This document shows, piece by piece, positions 51,101 through 63,300 of a stretch of 64,000 bases of DNA; position 1 is the stretch's first letter, and each line of letters starts with the position of its first letter. Position numbers and translations under genes: made by a program. The stretch comes from Amoebophrya sp. A120 (lineage: Eukaryota > Protista > Dinoflagellata). The notes under the pieces were generated by a model. It saw only the letters and a list, made by a program, of their open reading frames with translations. It searched no databases and was not told the origin of the DNA. The DNA is taken from positions 4,641,795 to 4,705,794 of the forward strand of contig CAJINV010000006.1 in the NCBI GenBank assembly GCA_905178155.1, in the 5' to 3' direction.

Positions 51101-53415
51101 TAGACGGTACAACTGGGGTAGTACTGGCAACGACATCTTCTGCGACAAAAATTGTCGACCCAGTCACCGGCGAATTGATCGTTGGACCCAGCTCTACTTC
51201 TTCTACGCAAACTGCGGTCCTCCTGAAGGGCAACAGGATTGTCGACAATGTGTATCCTTGTTGTGGCCTACCAGTAGTGAAGTTCAACCCAACCGGATCC
51301 TGAGTAAAAACGTACCCACACCAGAGTTGTCATGCGACTTTGCCATGACAGGAACATTTGTGATGCGCAACCCCATGACAGGCATTTTCAATCGTGTTTG
51401 GGAACTTGTAATGCTGTAAACAGGATCAGCAGATCGATTTGTGATGCGGCTTTCCTTGCTAACTTGCACTACCTCACGGACTGAAACTTGTCATGCGTGA
51501 CTCACAAAACTCCTAGGTTTGTGTTGCAAAATCCCCATCCTGACTCTGGTGTGGGTACGTTTTTACTCAGGATAAGCCGGATCTTCGGTGCGGAAACTGA
51601 GTAAAGCGAAACAACAGATGGACCATTATGACGGCCGGAACAGCGATAGTAGCAGCAACAACAACCGCGAGCTCGGGTGCAGAGTTCGGGACCACGAGCC
51701 GTTGTCGGTTTACTCGACGACAACAGGCGGCGGCTCTGGCTCGTCTGGGGAGGAGAGCATGTTCCACCGAGGGAGTTCGGAGCAGGAGAATTCAGTAGGC
51801 GCCGGAGGTGGAGAGGATCAGGACCAGGAAGTGGATGAGCATCAGGCGTTTTTAACAACTGTCTTATCCTCCTACGGTGGGATCATGAACACCTCAACCG
51901 ATTGGTGGACGAGGGATTTGTATGCAATGCAAAAGCATCGTACGAGTAAGTAAAAATTGCATTACAAATTTGCTCAGCATGATGACAAATGCAGTTTGTA
52001 ATGCTGTATTACGTTTGGAGGAAGATTTGTCACGCAGATTTGCAATTAGTACGAGTGCGATACTTTTGCAGTGCATAATTTGAGGCCACGGGGGATGGCG
52101 GAGGAGGATGAAGATGCAATGGTGTTGGATGATGATGATGTAGACCTCGACCTCTCTATCCTGTGCAAAAGTATCGCACTCGTATTGCAGTCATGCATTA
52201 CAAATCTTTTGCTTAAGGTAAATCCGCATTACAAATTTTATTTGTTTCTCATGCTGGGGAAATTTGTAATGCATTTATACGAGTGCGATACTTTTGCAAT
52301 GCATAATCTCCGCAGCGCAACAGCAACTCCGGGCGTCCTCGGGAAATTACAGAAATAAAGGGATGTATGGAGCAGGAAGTGTTGGGAGCAGTCATCAGCA
52401 CGCGTGGGGAAGCTCGTCGTCAAACCACATGGGCACGTATTTGCAGGGGGAGCAACGTATTGGTTTTAGATTTGGTTGCTTCATCTCGAAATTTCTCATG
52501 CACGTGTCTGTAACGCATGCTACTCCCAAGTACGACATCCTGCATGACAAATGTACATCAGTTGTTTCCATTTCGCGCTAGAACACAAAAAACCCATTAC
52601 TATCAGTCTACCACCCCCGTTGCAGCTTTGACCGAGCGTATTGTTTCGAGCCACTCCCCGAATACGCCCCGCCATTACGCGGGAGCAAGATGATAGCAGC
52701 GGCAAGTAAGAAACTAGCACAGCAACAGTTCCTAGGTGGTGGTACCAGACACGGCAGCCAGTCCCGGTCCAGGTACCAGCAACAAATCATCGGCAACAGC
52801 TTCGGAGCACCAAAACGCGGATCTTCTTCCTCCGCCGGTTACGGGTACTCCTCCACGATGTCTCTAGTTCACGGTCAACCGCAATACAACCAAACGACGT
52901 TTTTTGATTTGAAGTTCCCGGGGACAAATCGGAGACAGCGGGACCAAAGGCTGGACATGTTGAGGGAGGACGATAAAAGGCGGCTGGAGATCATGATACG
53001 AAAGCAGAGGAACCACCGGATGCATGCCATGCAAAGGAGCATGAACGCAGCTGCAGCTCTGGCTGCGAAGAGGGGAAAATTGAACAGAGCCGAGTTGAAT
53101 GCTGACCAAGCAAGCGGCGGAACAGGAATGTTAGCCAACAACAACTCACCGGATGCTGGGAATGCGAAAAGGAAGAACAAGAGTGGCACGCTGAAAGCAC
53201 AAAACCAAAACACGACTCTGCTGAATAGCAATTCGTCCAGTAGCGTCGTTGGAAACAACAGCAACAAAACGCGGGCCAGTGGTGTCGCTAGTACCGGAGC
53301 ATCAAACGCTAGCAGTGCGAAGCTGCAACAAGGCTATCGGAAATCGCGCATGGTGATGGGCACTGGGGCGATTCGGCCGACCAGCGCGGGTGGGTCGGGA
53401 ACGATGCGGAGGTGA
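48170..53415 (+). CDS. SANBR: SANBR/KIAA1841-like BTB (DUF3342) protein
   Basis: IYVFDETTNQSRNFQCKQDVLLKHMKYFRSYL, ISVHCDIGVFAWLVRYM, NNVISILISAEFLQMELLVRQC, LFRCVFC, LREDDKRR match the family as I recall it; 8 elements and 2 GT-AG introns. Confidence 0.8.
48562..48771. mobile_element. Introner, family D (degenerate)
   Basis: DR GGTAG/TGTCG. Confidence 0.8.
49054..49246. mobile_element. Introner, family B (degenerate)
   Basis: DR ATCCG. Confidence 0.88.
49363..49490 (+). other. GT-AG intron (another in this gene: 52437-52625)
   Basis: GTAAGT..CAG; ATCAGGT is repeated across both junctions. Confidence 0.75.
49548..49813. mobile_element. Introner, family A
   Basis: DR TCCTT. Confidence 0.9.
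49896..50060. mobile_element. Introner, family B
   Basis: DR GACGT. Confidence 0.9.
50101..50315. mobile_element. Introner, family D
   Basis: DR CGAGC. Confidence 0.9.
51296..51574. mobile_element. Introner, family H (TATCCTGAGTAAAAACGTACCCACACCAGAGT TIR)
   Basis: About 31-nt perfect TIR; first base G instead of T; DR AACCG/AGCCG. Confidence 0.88.
51921..52077. mobile_element. Introner, family B
   Basis: DR ATTTG. Confidence 0.9.
52157..52305. mobile_element. Introner, family B
   Basis: DR CTCTC/ATCTC. Confidence 0.88.
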
Positions 53416-54156
53416 TAAGCATTTTTTGCTTTTGCCTTGTCCTCTGAAAGACCACTATCTTCTTACCAGTACATGCAGCTCCTTAGATAGATTATGACTG
53501 TGATTCTGTTCTTCAGTTCAGTATTGATGAGTTCTTCGTTATTTACAGCGCCTCGATGTTCTTGACAGCACGACATGATCTCATGAAAATGTATTGGAAA
53601 AATATTGGGGTAAAACTAAAATTGAAATCCGCCAAACTTCGCACCATTTGTTGTTCTGCACCCATTGATTGTGGGGTTGGAGTTGTGATCAGGTGATTGA
53701 CAACATCGAGATCACACCGATCAAGACTAGCACCAAATGAGCGGATCAAGTGAAGTAGATTGTGATCGTAGCTTCGCGGTCCACTGCTGAAAGAGTTTCA
53801 CTTTCACCTAAGTTTCACACCCAGAGATGGATCCACCCGGACTGACGATTCTGAAGCTCAGACGCTTTTAGCGTGCTTGGTCTGATTCTGATCTATCATC
53901 TTGAAGATCATCTCTCCTTCACGACCAGGCACAAGGACGACCCGTGTTTTTATTTCGGCACATTCGATAGATAGGTGTGTTACCAGTAGAAAACGTTTCT
54001 CATCACGGATACGGTAGCATATTTCGAACCCTGATTGTCAAGCGCATCAAGAAGACACGTCTTCCCCTGGAAAGGTTTTCAACGAAGAAGTTCCAATCAT
54101 CTATGCAGTCTCAATAGTAAACCTGAAGTAATCTCCTATCCAACCCGCAACAAATC

Positions 54157-56040
54157 ATGGCGCCGCCCCCGGCCGGAGTTGACCAGCAAGCAGCTGGTGA
54201 CCGCATCAACCAGCACACCGAGAGCGACCACCCGCAAGAAAAAGCGGAAGGAAAGGCAGAGCAGAAGCCGCAAAACGATTCGGAACATCAACCGCAGCTT
54301 CGTCACAAAACCTGGAAGGCCCGGCCGAAGCGTTGCGTTTCCAACGACACATTGCAGAAGAACAGCTTGATGACACCAACCCAGAGGTACGAACTGTCCA
54401 AAAGCCTCCCGATTCCGGAGCGACAGGCGCTGATATCGTATTTAGAAACGTCCCCACCTCAGAGTTGTAATGCAAATCTGCATGCTCAGAATGTTTATCA
54501 TTCGGAGCCCCATGAGCAGCATTTCCTCGTCGTGTTTTGAAGTTTGTGATGCTCCAATCTGCATGATATACTAGATCTGTGATGCTGCTGAGCTAGCTCG
54601 AACAGCACTACTCTACGAGTCCGAATTTGTCACGCGAAACAGCCAAAGCCTGTGGATTTGTCTAGCCGATTCCCCATCTTGACTATGGGGTAGAGACGTT
54701 TTTACATAGGATAGCTGATCGTGAAGACGTATGTGGAGAATTTCAAATTTTTCCTCCAGAACGAAGGGAAGTGTTTGAAGTGCTGCTTTCTGCACGAGTA
54801 CTGTATTTGTGGCGAGATGGAGAAGCTGGCGAGAGGACCGGCGGAATTATGTCCTGTTGAGCAGGGTGAGGAAAAAGATGTAGCGACGTCCGATACGGAA
54901 GAGCCGGGAGGGGAAGGAATAGTACAAATCGCGAAGTCCTCAACAGCTCCAGCTACAGCTGTGCCATCAAGGGGGCCACCTCCTGTCGTTTCTATCCCGA
55001 ACATTTCCTCTGCTTCCGCCTCTACTTTCCCCACGAGGGTATCAACTTCAACTCCAAGAACGACCGCGCCTGCTAGCCCCACGACGACCAGTACTTGTAG
55101 TACCAGCGAGAGCGACCCGTCTTTATCAAGAAAACAGGAAAACGAAACAAGAAACGACCAGCAAGACAACCACTACATCCAGCTCCAGCCCCGTTTCCTC
55201 CTGTGGATGCACTACAAGGAGCAATTCCGCGCCTCCAACACGGGGAAGCTGCTTTGTCAGCTGTTCGACAACTCAGAAACTTTCGTCCACGGGCACCCGG
55301 TGGAGATGGAAAGGTTTGAGAAAAAAGTCAGGGAGTCGAAGCTGAAAACGTTAGTTCTGTTCCCGACGGAGAACGCTGTGGACGCGGATAAATTGACGAT
55401 GGGAGATTTGCGCGCTAGTGTTTGTGATCATGTAGGACAGAAACCGCAGCAAGCGCAGGCAGAACCAGAAGCGCCAGTAACAACAGGGAGTGATCATGCT
55501 CATGCACAGTCTGCAACACAAACAACGGCTGCAGATCACTTGTCGCAAGACTTCCTCAACATCGTCGTTCTTGACGGGACTTGGACCCAAGCGAGGAAAC
55601 TTTTGAAGTCTATTTTTCCAAAGAACAAGACACAAAAACAAGCATCTGAGGAGGATCGATCAGTAAGGACAGAAGACGACGCTACGACCGTTGTGGAAGC
55701 CACGACCGGCGATCATGTTGACACGTCAAGCCGCATGTCAACCACAAACAGCAAATTTCTCTTCGTGAAAATCAATCCCCAGGAGCTTTCCCGGTTCTGC
55801 TGCCGCCGACAAACCCAGCCAGACCGGATTTGCACCGCGGAGGCGGCGGCGATGCTGCTGCAGGAGCTGAAGTGTGAGAAAAAAGCGGTGGACAATGTTT
55901 ACAAAGGGTTGAAGATTCTTTGTACCAGCATGGATAAGCAGTCGCATAAGGATACGATGAAGTACGTGGCACCCACGAAAAATCACGTCGGAAGGAACAG
56001 AATGCAAAAAAATGTGTTTGGAAAACAGGCTTTCGTGTAA
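54157..56040 (+). CDS. DTWD2: DTW-domain tRNA-uridine aminocarboxypropyltransferase (DTWD2/TapT-like)
   Basis: CLKC..YCIC zinc motif, HYKEQFRASNTGKL, LVLFP, VVLDGTWTQARK, ICTAEA; one element (54434-54713). Confidence 0.85.
54434..54713. mobile_element. Introner, family H-like
   Basis: DR GCTGA. Confidence 0.88.
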
Positions 56041-56499
56041 TTTGCGTGCTGATCATTTTAGAAGCCCTTCTTGCGCGACACAATCATACATAAAACGGTA
56101 TTTTTTTTTACCCAAAATTTAAGTGCGACCAGCTGAAATCGTCACTCGTCTTTCCTTGGTTGTTCAGCTTGTTTTTCACCATGCGAAAAATACATCACGA
56201 GGAGCCGTGGATCATGAATAGTCTGCGTCTGCTGGTGGACGAGAGAGGGCATGTTCGGTGTGAGAGCTAGTACTTAGGCGGGTTCTCGACCGTGAGTTTG
56301 TTCAGGATTGGTGTTTGAGGTGATGCTACTTGAGGAGCGAAGATGCACTAAAATTTCTAGTTGCGAAGTGGAAAGTGTTGCACTCTTCGATAAAGGAAAG
56401 CAGAAGCTAGAAATGCCCCACTACGTAGAACTAGTGCAGCTCCGCCGTCCCTGAATCTGCGGTCTACACCATGTCCGACTCCTTTCCATCAAACCCGAA

Positions 56500-56881
56500 T
56501 TTGTACCAGCATGGATAAGCAGTCGCATAAGGATACGATGAAGTACGTGGCTATCAAGTGCAAAAATGTCTGGGTCTCGAAGAATGCATGTTTGTCATGC
56601 TTGTCTGGCATGACTCTTAAATCTGTCATGCACGTTACCCAAGAGCCCCATTTTTCTGTGATGCAGAAACGCAGTTTGTCATGCAGAATAGGCAACGCCT
56701 GGAAGTTCATAAACTTGTCATGCTGGTGATCCAGCATTTGTGGCCTCATCATGAGACGCCACCCAGCATCACAAGTTTCCAGGCCCAGACATTTTTACAT
56801 TTGATAGTGGCACCCACGAAAAACCACGTCGGGAGGAACAGGATGCAAAAAAACGTGTTTGGAAAACAAGCTTTTGTCTAG
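56500..56881 (+). pseudogene. Duplicated 3' end of the DTW gene carrying an introner
   Basis: Encodes the same CTSMDK...KQAFV* peptide as 55921-56040 once 56552-56806 is removed; no in-frame upstream sequence. Confidence 0.8.
56552..56806. mobile_element. Family A element in the duplicated DTW 3' end
   Basis: DR GTGGC; the empty site with a single GTGGC is at 55966-55970. Confidence 0.95.
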
Positions 56882-56945
56882 GCGGACTGATGTAACAAGT
56901 CAGAACGGGCTACTGCGACGCAATGATAAATAAACTGCTTCTTGT

Positions 56946-59398
56946 AGTTCTTCTACTCCAAGCTACCACAACGTCAGGTGCTTCACCGTGATGTTGGTGA
57001 TGTTGTTCAACTTTACGAATTACGATAGCATTAGCAAATTATTTTAGAGTTATGCTTTTTTAGAGGTTCGTATCGCGTAGAGGTTCGTATGGGGAGGGCT
57101 AGCTGAGAAGGATAGAGAATCTCGATTTCGATATCTGTTTGCGTATCGAGGTTTCACAGCGTTAGCGCTCGTTGTTCGATTGGCTAAAGCAACACACAAC
57201 ACCAAACAGATTCCACAGTTGGGGCAAAGGATGGGGTAGTGGAGTAGGTAGCTTAGATGTCCACTACGCCTGATGCCCCAACAGACTCAACGACATTCTT
57301 TATCTGTTACTAGCTTGCTTGTTTTTTGGCGGGGTTAAAAAAGAAGGGCAAAGATAAAGATGTCGCTAGGGCGTGATTCCTAATGTTCAAGAAGGCCTTT
57401 TTACGTTGAGACCTACTTCTTTACAAATGGACCCAAAAAAGGAGACCTAAGGTTCGGGTGTGAATTTCTTCACCCAGCTTCTGTTCCCTTCCTTGAGTTG
57501 CTGTGGTGTTGAAGTTTACACCTATGCTCGACTGTGCAAGAGGGTTTTTGCCTTACCCCTCTAAGGTCTCAGGAATCACGCTGCCACACTGTTTCCAAAC
57601 CCACGCCGACACTACCAAAAAGACTTTTTGATATAGAATGAAAAAGCCACAAAGAAGCATGCTGTAGGGGGAAGGGAAAAGGCTTGCAGCTACTCAAAAA
57701 GCGCGGCCAAGCATATCAGAGGGCTTGCCTGGGGGCAGTTTCTGAATTCTTGCCGCGCTCGTGTATTTTTTATATCGTAGTATAGACGTAGAAGAGCAAG
57801 GGCGCGATTTGGTCGGCAACTGCCCCCTTCTCTGCCTTCCTCCCGCAGCAATACTTCCAAAAAGAGCCTATGCACAGCCAACATTCCGCCGCGCCCAGCC
57901 ATGCATGTCGCGGCACTTCGACTTCCCAAAGGTTGCTTCTTCAAAACTCGCAAGTGTGAATTGAGATTTCCCGACCTTTAGGCTTAGCATTTTAGGCGTG
58001 AGGGGCGGGGCAGTGGGCCACTAGGAGGAACAGGTACAGAATCACCACCGAAAATGGGAGTGTGCTGCAGCCTTCGCGTTACATTACCTCGGTTGTCGAC
58101 TCCCACACTCAGCTGGGGTGGAGTTCTTCTACTCCAAGCTACCACAACGTCAGGTGCTTCACCGTGATGTTGGTGATGTTGTTCAACTTTACGAATTACG
58201 ATAGCATTAGCAAATTATTTTAGAGTTATGCTTTTTTAGAGGTTCGTATCGCGTAGAGGTTCGTATGGGGAGGGCTAGCTGAGAAGGATAGAGAATCTCG
58301 ATTTCGATATCTGTTTGCGTATCGAGGTTTCACAGCGTTAGCGCTCGTTGTTCGATTGGCTAAAGCAACACACAACACCAAACAGATTCCACAGTTGGGG
58401 CAAAGGATGGGGTAGTGGAGTAGGTAGCTTAGATGTCCACTACGCCTGATGCCCCAACAGACTCAACGACATTCTTTATCTGTTACTAGCTTGCTTGTTT
58501 TTTGGCGGGGTTAAAAAAGAAGGGCAAAGATAAAGATGTCGCTAGGGCGTGATTCCTAATGTTCAAGAAGGCCTTTTTACGTTGAGACCTACTTCTTTAC
58601 AAATGGACCCAAAAAAGGAGACCTAAGGTTCGGGTGTGAATTTCTTCACCCAGCTTCTGTTCCCTTCCTTGAGTTGCTGTGGTGTTGAAGTTTACACCTA
58701 TGCTCGACTGTGCAAGAGGGTTTTTGCCTTACCCCTCTAAGGTCTCAGGAATCACGCTGCCACACTGTTTCCAAACCCACGCCGACACTACCAAAAAGAC
58801 TTTTTGATATAGAATGAAAAAGCCACAAAGAAGCATGCTGTAGGGGGAAGGGAAAAGGCTTGCAGCTACTCAAAAAGCGCGGCCAAGCATATCAGAGGGC
58901 TTGCCTGGGGGCAGTTTCTGAATTCTTGCCGCGCTCGTGTATTTTTTATATCGTAGTATAGACGTAGAAGAGCAAGGGCGCGATTTGGTCGGCAACTGCC
59001 CCCTTCTCTGCCTTCCTCCCGCAGCAATACTTCCAAAAAGAGCCTATGCACAGCCAACATTCCGCCGCGCCCAGCCATGCATGTCGCGGCACTTCGACTT
59101 CCCAAAGGTTGCTTCTTCAAAACTCGCAAGTGTGAATTGAGATTTCCCGACCTTTAGGCTTAGCATTTTAGGCGTGAGGGGCGGGGCAGTGGGCCACTAG
59201 GAGGAACAGGTACAGAATCACCACCGAAAATGGGAGTGTGCTGCAGCCTTCGCGTTACATTACCTCGGTTGTCGACTCCCACACTCAGCTGGGGTGGAGT
59301 TCTTCTACTCCAAGCTACCACAACGTCAGGTGCTTCACCGTGATGTTGGTGATGTTGTTCAACTTTACGAATTACGATAGCATTAGCAAATTATTTTA
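56946..59398 (+). repeat. Tandem repeat, period 1176 bp (A101-B1075-A-B-A)
   Basis: Units start at 56946, 58122 and 59298; identical by eye, and the ORF track shows identical ORFs 1176 apart. Confidence 0.95.
57047..58121 (+). ncRNA. Candidate structured RNA (unit B; second copy 58223-59297)
   Basis: Multiple nested stems with G-U pairs in the + sense and no convincing ORF; family not recognised. Confidence 0.3.
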
Positions 59399-59756
59399 TT
59401 GATAATTCCAATTGACCGCAAGAAGGTTCTACTCATGACCAGTGGAATTTATTGGCTGAGCGATGTGAGAGGGAGAATGATCAGATTCAGAGCGAAAGCT
59501 AGCTCCTGCTGCAGAAGCGCTCGGTCGATTCTTCAGGACTGGTGTTTGAGGTCGAGGAGCGATGCGTCAGATATTCATGATGGACTAGGGTGTTGAGCAG
59601 GCTTTTTCGTCTAACTGTTGTTCGGTAACAACATGTGCACAGCAACATATAACTTCGAATTAGAGATCGCATGTAGAAGCTAGAACGTGTGCACCACACC
59701 GTGGTCGTCGTTCCTGACGCCGCTGCCATGTCCGACTCCTTTCCGTCAAACCCGAA

Positions 59757-60296
59757 AAGAGGCAGCGGGCCCCGTGCTTTTTCTTGGATTTCCCGCGCCT
59801 TTGTCGCGGAAGGTGTTCGCAGAATTTTAAGAAAAATTTGCCACGCTTTACAGAAATAAACCGAAAGCAAAACTTACCCAGAATCTGAAGAAAAATTTGC
59901 GGCGTTTCGCAGAAAATCAAACGCAAGACTTTCTCAGACTTCGAAGAAAAAACTGCGGCGCTTCACAGAAAATCGAAAGCAGTCCGCGGGGCAATTTTGC
60001 GCGCAAAAGACGCGCGGCCCCCGGGCTTCTTTTTTTGTGTTCTTTGCGCTGGAAAAAAAATTCAGAAAGCCCGCGCATTTTTCTTGCAATTTTTTCGCAA
60101 AAGCAGCGGAGTTTTTTGCTGTGTTTGTCCCTGGTTTTTACCGCGAATTTCTGCAAAAACGAAGCAAAATCTTCAAGCACCTAAAAAAAAGTGCGTTTTT
60201 TTGAACCGAAACACGACCTATTTCCATCGATTTTTTGTTGAAAAGCGGCACTTTTTGCCGTTTTCGCTGTGACTGTGACACAAGATTTCGTTTTCG
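59757..60296. other. A-tract/T-tract, CpG-rich island between two copies of the channel gene start
   Basis: Dense A4-8/T4-8 runs with CGCG; flanked by ATGTCCGACTCCTTTCCGTCAAACCCGA at 59728 and 60331. Confidence 0.75.
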
Positions 60297-60330
60297 TAGC
60301 TCCGCCGTCCCTGAAGCTGCGGTCTGCCAC

Positions 60331-63300
60331 ATGTCCGACTCCTTTCCGTCAAACCCGAGCCAGCCCTATCAAATGTAAAAATGTCTGGGTCTGGAAGAAT
60401 GCAACTTGTCATGCTAAATCTGAAGCATGCGAAAATCTGTGTTGCATGAGTGCCAAAAGCTGTCCACTTTCGACAAAGTTGGGAGGGAGTTTCTCATGCA
60501 GGATAGGCATCAGAGAGACCTCACAGACTCTGTCATGCTAGGTCCCGCATTCCAGACCTCAAAGGTCATGGAAAGGCAGCACGACAAATCACGAATTCTT
60601 CCAGACCCAGACATTTTTACATTTGATAAGCCCATCACAACCCCCACTTCACACCAAGCCCTCGACCGCCGGCAATCCCGCCCCTCGCTTGATCGAAAGC
60701 AGTCCCGGGCCTCAGTTGACAGGCGGTTTTCGAATTCCAATTTGAATGCCGCACTCGCCGGGAACACCGCGATCAATGCCGGCACGACAGTGGCGACGGC
60801 TACCACCAGTCCCGCACCGAGAAGGACCCTCGGCCGGGCGTTTTCGACGACCGATGTACCGGTGAGTCGGAAGGGAAGCAACTTCTTTTCCGATGGTGGA
60901 CCTTCTGGGGGAGTGGAGGGAGGCGATATTGTTGGGGGGCTGGCAACTACGGGTAGCAATGTGCCCGGCGGTGGACGAAGAATTACCACGACTGCGGGAG
61001 GAGGACAGGCGAGGTACTGAAACAGCAATCGCGTTGGAAATCATCGGGTTGTTCTTGTTTTTGCAATGCAAACGTAAACCTGTGATGTACGACCATGCAG
61101 ATGAATTTTTCATGATTGAAACACTGCCCCCTGCTCCTGCTCCAAACTCACTGTATTACATGAAAACCTCTCTCAGAACCCTCGGCCGCGCGCAGACCCT
61201 GGCTTTACCCGGCCGGGACCCGCTCGAAAGGTCCGGCTCAATGGCGGATACGAGCTATCCAGGAAAAAAAAACCATCACCATCCATTTTTTGCATGACAA
61301 GAACTGCAATTTATGCACGTTTTGCATGACAAATTGGATGGGGATGCGTGTTTTTCCTGGATACCAGCGGGGATAATTCCCCAACCGTCGAGGTTCCCGC
61401 GTCGGATAGACGAAAATCCTTTCTCGCCCCCACGCTTGGCGGCCTGCCCGGCTTAGATAACGCCAGTATGGAGACGTTGATGCAGATTCACCAACTACAG
61501 CAAATCCAGCAAATGCAGAAGAACAAAGTCTCAAACCAACAAACGGGTGCAGGGAATGCTGGGTCGTCGCATCACGGCGTGGATTCGGTGGATTTGAACT
61601 CGGACGACTTCGATTACACAGGGATCGTCGGGTATGGGCAGGACGGGAATTTGCTGCTAGAACCCTCGAAATGGACGAAGTACAAGCTGTATCTGTGGCT
61701 CTTCCTCGAGGAACCGTTCGTGAGTCCGGCAGCGAGTGTGGTACTTATGTACTTCTGTAGCTAGTACAGGTGTTTGTCATGCAGAGTTTGCATTTTATTC
61801 GACTATGTTTGTCTTGCACGAAATGCATGCCGAGATGTCGTCCGTGGCCAAGATTAGACCAGAAACCGTACACCAGGTGTCCTACATCATCGTGATCCTA
61901 ATTGGCCTCTCATTCGCGATGTCTGCGGCTGAACAGCAATACCACAACTATGCTCTGCAAAAGTATCGTACTCGTACTAATTGCAGTTATGCATGACAAA
62001 TCCTGTCTCTTAGCCAAATCAGCATTACAACCCCCATTTCTCCTTCTGAGAAAATTTGTATTGCGAGTTTATACTAGTACGATGCTTTTGTAATGCATAA
62101 CAACGGCGGCACCACCATTGATTTCGACGTCTTCTACAAAACACCGAATTTCGGCACCTACGCGCGGTTTTTCATCGTGCTGCTTTTCACTCTATCAACT
62201 GTAAAAATGTCTGGGTCTGGAACATTCCGACACTTTTCATGCACGTTTTGCATGAGCCCTGATGTCTGTGATGCATGCCCTAGCATCACAGATTTTTTCG
62301 GAGCTTCTTGATGCCTATTCCGCATGACAAATGCCCTCTCCGCGTAGCAAAAATTACATTGCTTTTGGTACTCATGCAATACAGATTTTTTTGGAATCCA
62401 AATGCAGCATGACAAGTTGCATTCTTCCAGACACAGACACTTTTACATTTGATACACTCTAGAAGCTTGCCTCCGGTTTGCCATCGCGCCGCAGCGGAAG
62501 CAGTTTTGGTTCCAGCCGAACAACGTCGCGGATATCATTTCGGTTTTGCTATCCTGTGCAAAAGTATCGTACTCCCACTCGTAGTTGTATATTGCAATCA
62601 TGCATTACAAATTTTTTCGTTTTCCCTAAGGTCAATCTGCATGACAAATTCGATTTCTCAACATGGTGAGGAAATTTGTAATGCAATTCATGCTAGTTGT
62701 GCGATGCTTTTGCTTTTGCTATTCATATTTGCCCTACTGGTGCAACAACGTTTGCCAGCTCCACGAGAACCTTTCCGTCTACTTTCACGTGATCAGCATC
62801 TTCAGCAGCTTCTTCTGGCTCTTGAAGTTAACCCGCTACTTCTCCGGCTGGTTCTTACTCAGCCGAGCCTTAACGGACGCCGGAAGAGCCTTGATGGTGC
62901 CCGTGTTTTTTCTCATGATCGTCGTCATGTGTGGAAGCTCACTGTTGTATCCAGGAAAAAATACACATTCTCATCCATTTTTGGCATTACAAACACTGCA
63001 AATTATGCATGTTTTGCATGACAAATTGGATGGGGATGGGTGTTTTTTCATGGATATGCTGCTCCTCTTCGAGAAGGCGCATGCGGAAAACACGCCCGCG
63101 CCGGTAATTACTTCCACAACGGATGAGGAGGAGCTTTGCCCGGAGTTGTCCGATTGCGTCACGATAGATTCTCTCTTCAAGGCGATTCACTACACGATTG
63201 TGTCTGTCGTCTCCATTCAGATCACCGAGGTTTACGGGAAAGATGTCGCGAGTAACGGGGGGAGAGTGTGGTCGGTGATCATGATGTTTCTCGGTGTGAT

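Noticed and set aside
57690-57964. Short ORFs inside the 1176-bp repeat
   Set aside because: Under 90 aa with no motifs; repeated only because the DNA is duplicated.
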